From the NCBI GenBank assembly GCA_963840545.1, contig CAWIZE010000002.1, forward strand, positions 1,631,573-1,663,572: a stretch of 32,000 nucleotides of DNA, in the 5' to 3' direction. Numbering within the stretch: position 1 is the first letter of the stretch; the number at the start of each line of letters is the position of its first letter. Origin of the DNA: an uncultured Pseudomonadota bacterium. Its GTDB lineage: Bacteria; Pseudomonadota; Alphaproteobacteria; Acetobacterales; Acetobacteraceae. The notes under the pieces were generated by a model. It saw only the letters and a program-made list of their open reading frames with translations, had not been told where the DNA came from and did not search any database. Position numbers and translations under genes: made by a program. Positions 31,194-32,000 of the stretch are shown one piece after another.

Positions 31194-32000
31194 ATGACCG
31201 CAGAGATTTTTGCCAAAGGCCATCCTTTCCTCGACGGCAAGCCGAAACGCATGCTGATCGACGGCAAGTGGGTGGCGGCCGCCTCGGGCAAGACGTTCGA
31301 GACCATCAATCCCTCGACCGGCGAAATCCTCGCCACCGTCGCCGAGGGCGACGCGGAGGATATCGACCGCGCGGTGGACGCGGCGCGGCGCGCCTTCCAG
31401 GGCCGCTGGAGCAAGTTCAAGCCGTATGAGCGGCAAGCCTTGCTGCTCAAGCTCGCCGACCTCGTCGAGCGGAATTTCGACGAGCTGGCCGCCCTCGACA
31501 CGCTCGACATGGGCGCCCCGATCGGCCGCACCCGCGCCAGCCGCCTCCGCTCGCTCGGGATGCTGCGCTACTATGCCGGCCAGGCGGTCTCGATCCATGG
31601 CGAGACGATCGAGAACTCGCTGCCGGGCGAGTATGTCTCCTTCACGCTCAAGGAGCCGGTCGGCGTCGTCGGCGCGATCATCCCGTGGAACTCGCCGCTC
31701 ACCGCGACGATCTGGAAGATCGGCCCGGCGCTCGCCACCGGCTGCACGGTGGTGCTGAAGCCCGCCGAGGAGGCGCCGCTGACGCCGCTGCGGCTGGCCG
31801 AGCTTTGCCAGGAGGCCGGCATCCCGCCGGGCGTGGTGAACGTGGTGCCGGGCTATGGCGAGACCGCGGGGGCGGTGCTCGCCGGCCATCCGGGCGTCGA
31901 CAAGGTGGCCTTCACCGGCTCGCACCTCACCGGCCAGAAGATCATCGCGGCCTCGGCCGGCAACCTCAAGCGCGTCTCGCTCGAGCTTGGGGGAAAATCG
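31194..32000 (+). CDS. NAD(P)-dependent aldehyde dehydrogenase, N-terminal 269 codons (continues past the window end)
   Basis: Absent from the ORF track because there is no stop inside the window. ATG at 31194 after GAAGGGGG. LIDGKWVAAASGKTFETINPSTGE...EPVGVVGAIIPWNSPL...WKIGPALATGCTVVLKPAEEAPLT...KVAFTGSHLTGQKI...LKRVSLELGGKS. Confidence 0.9.
   Translation, partial: MTAEIFAKGHPFLDGKPKRMLIDGKWVAAASGKTFETINPSTGEILATVAEGDAEDIDRAVDAARRAFQGRWSKFKPYERQALLLKLADLVERNFDELAALDTLDMGAPIGRTRASRLRSLGMLRYYAGQAVSIHGETIENSLPGEYVSFTLKEPVGVVGAIIPWNSPLTATIWKIGPALATGCTVVLKPAEEAPLTPLRLAELCQEAGIPPGVVNVVPGYGETAGAVLAGHPGVDKVAFTGSHLTGQKIIAASAGNLKRVSLELGGKS

Overview
High-GC (about 70%) chromosomal segment, probably alphaproteobacterial (inferred from codon style and gene content only). 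No rRNA, tRNA, CRISPR array, transposase or integrase was seen.

Gene content, left to right:
- Partial chrA.
- DedA/LssY_C membrane fusion.
- TPR-sulfotransferase and a fatty-acid hydroxylase-family gene.
- PEP-CTERM protein gene with a consensus-like sigma-54 promoter.
- Dienelactone hydrolase.
- About 1.8 kb of gene fragments: a 5'-truncated peroxiredoxin, a LysR tail, and a transketolase core carrying an in-frame TAG.
- DUF1203, then a frameshifted SDR placed divergently from an AraC regulator.
- A tightly coupled three-gene minus-strand operon (12615-18000).
- SDR gene.
- GntR-associated catabolic cluster: sugar-type ABC transporter with a fused double permease, SDR, SMP-30 lactonase, BKACE and a 3-hydroxyacyl-CoA-dehydrogenase-like gene.
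- DUF2000 remnant, GH8 glucanase, pgl, and a partial aldehyde dehydrogenase.

The main candidate for an undescribed system is the 12615-18000 operon. It encodes an orphan Cys-rich lipoprotein, a 2TM + double-Rossmann (TrkA-N/RCK-like) + RyR-domain protein, and a SLOG-like nucleotide-sensor domain fused to two SLATT/DUF4231-like 2TM modules. The block containing it is bracketed by inverted copies of a GC-rich hairpin (REP-like) element.

Several genes carry short in-frame tandem repeats. Many long ORFs in the supplied track are GC-driven antisense or out-of-frame artefacts and were not called.
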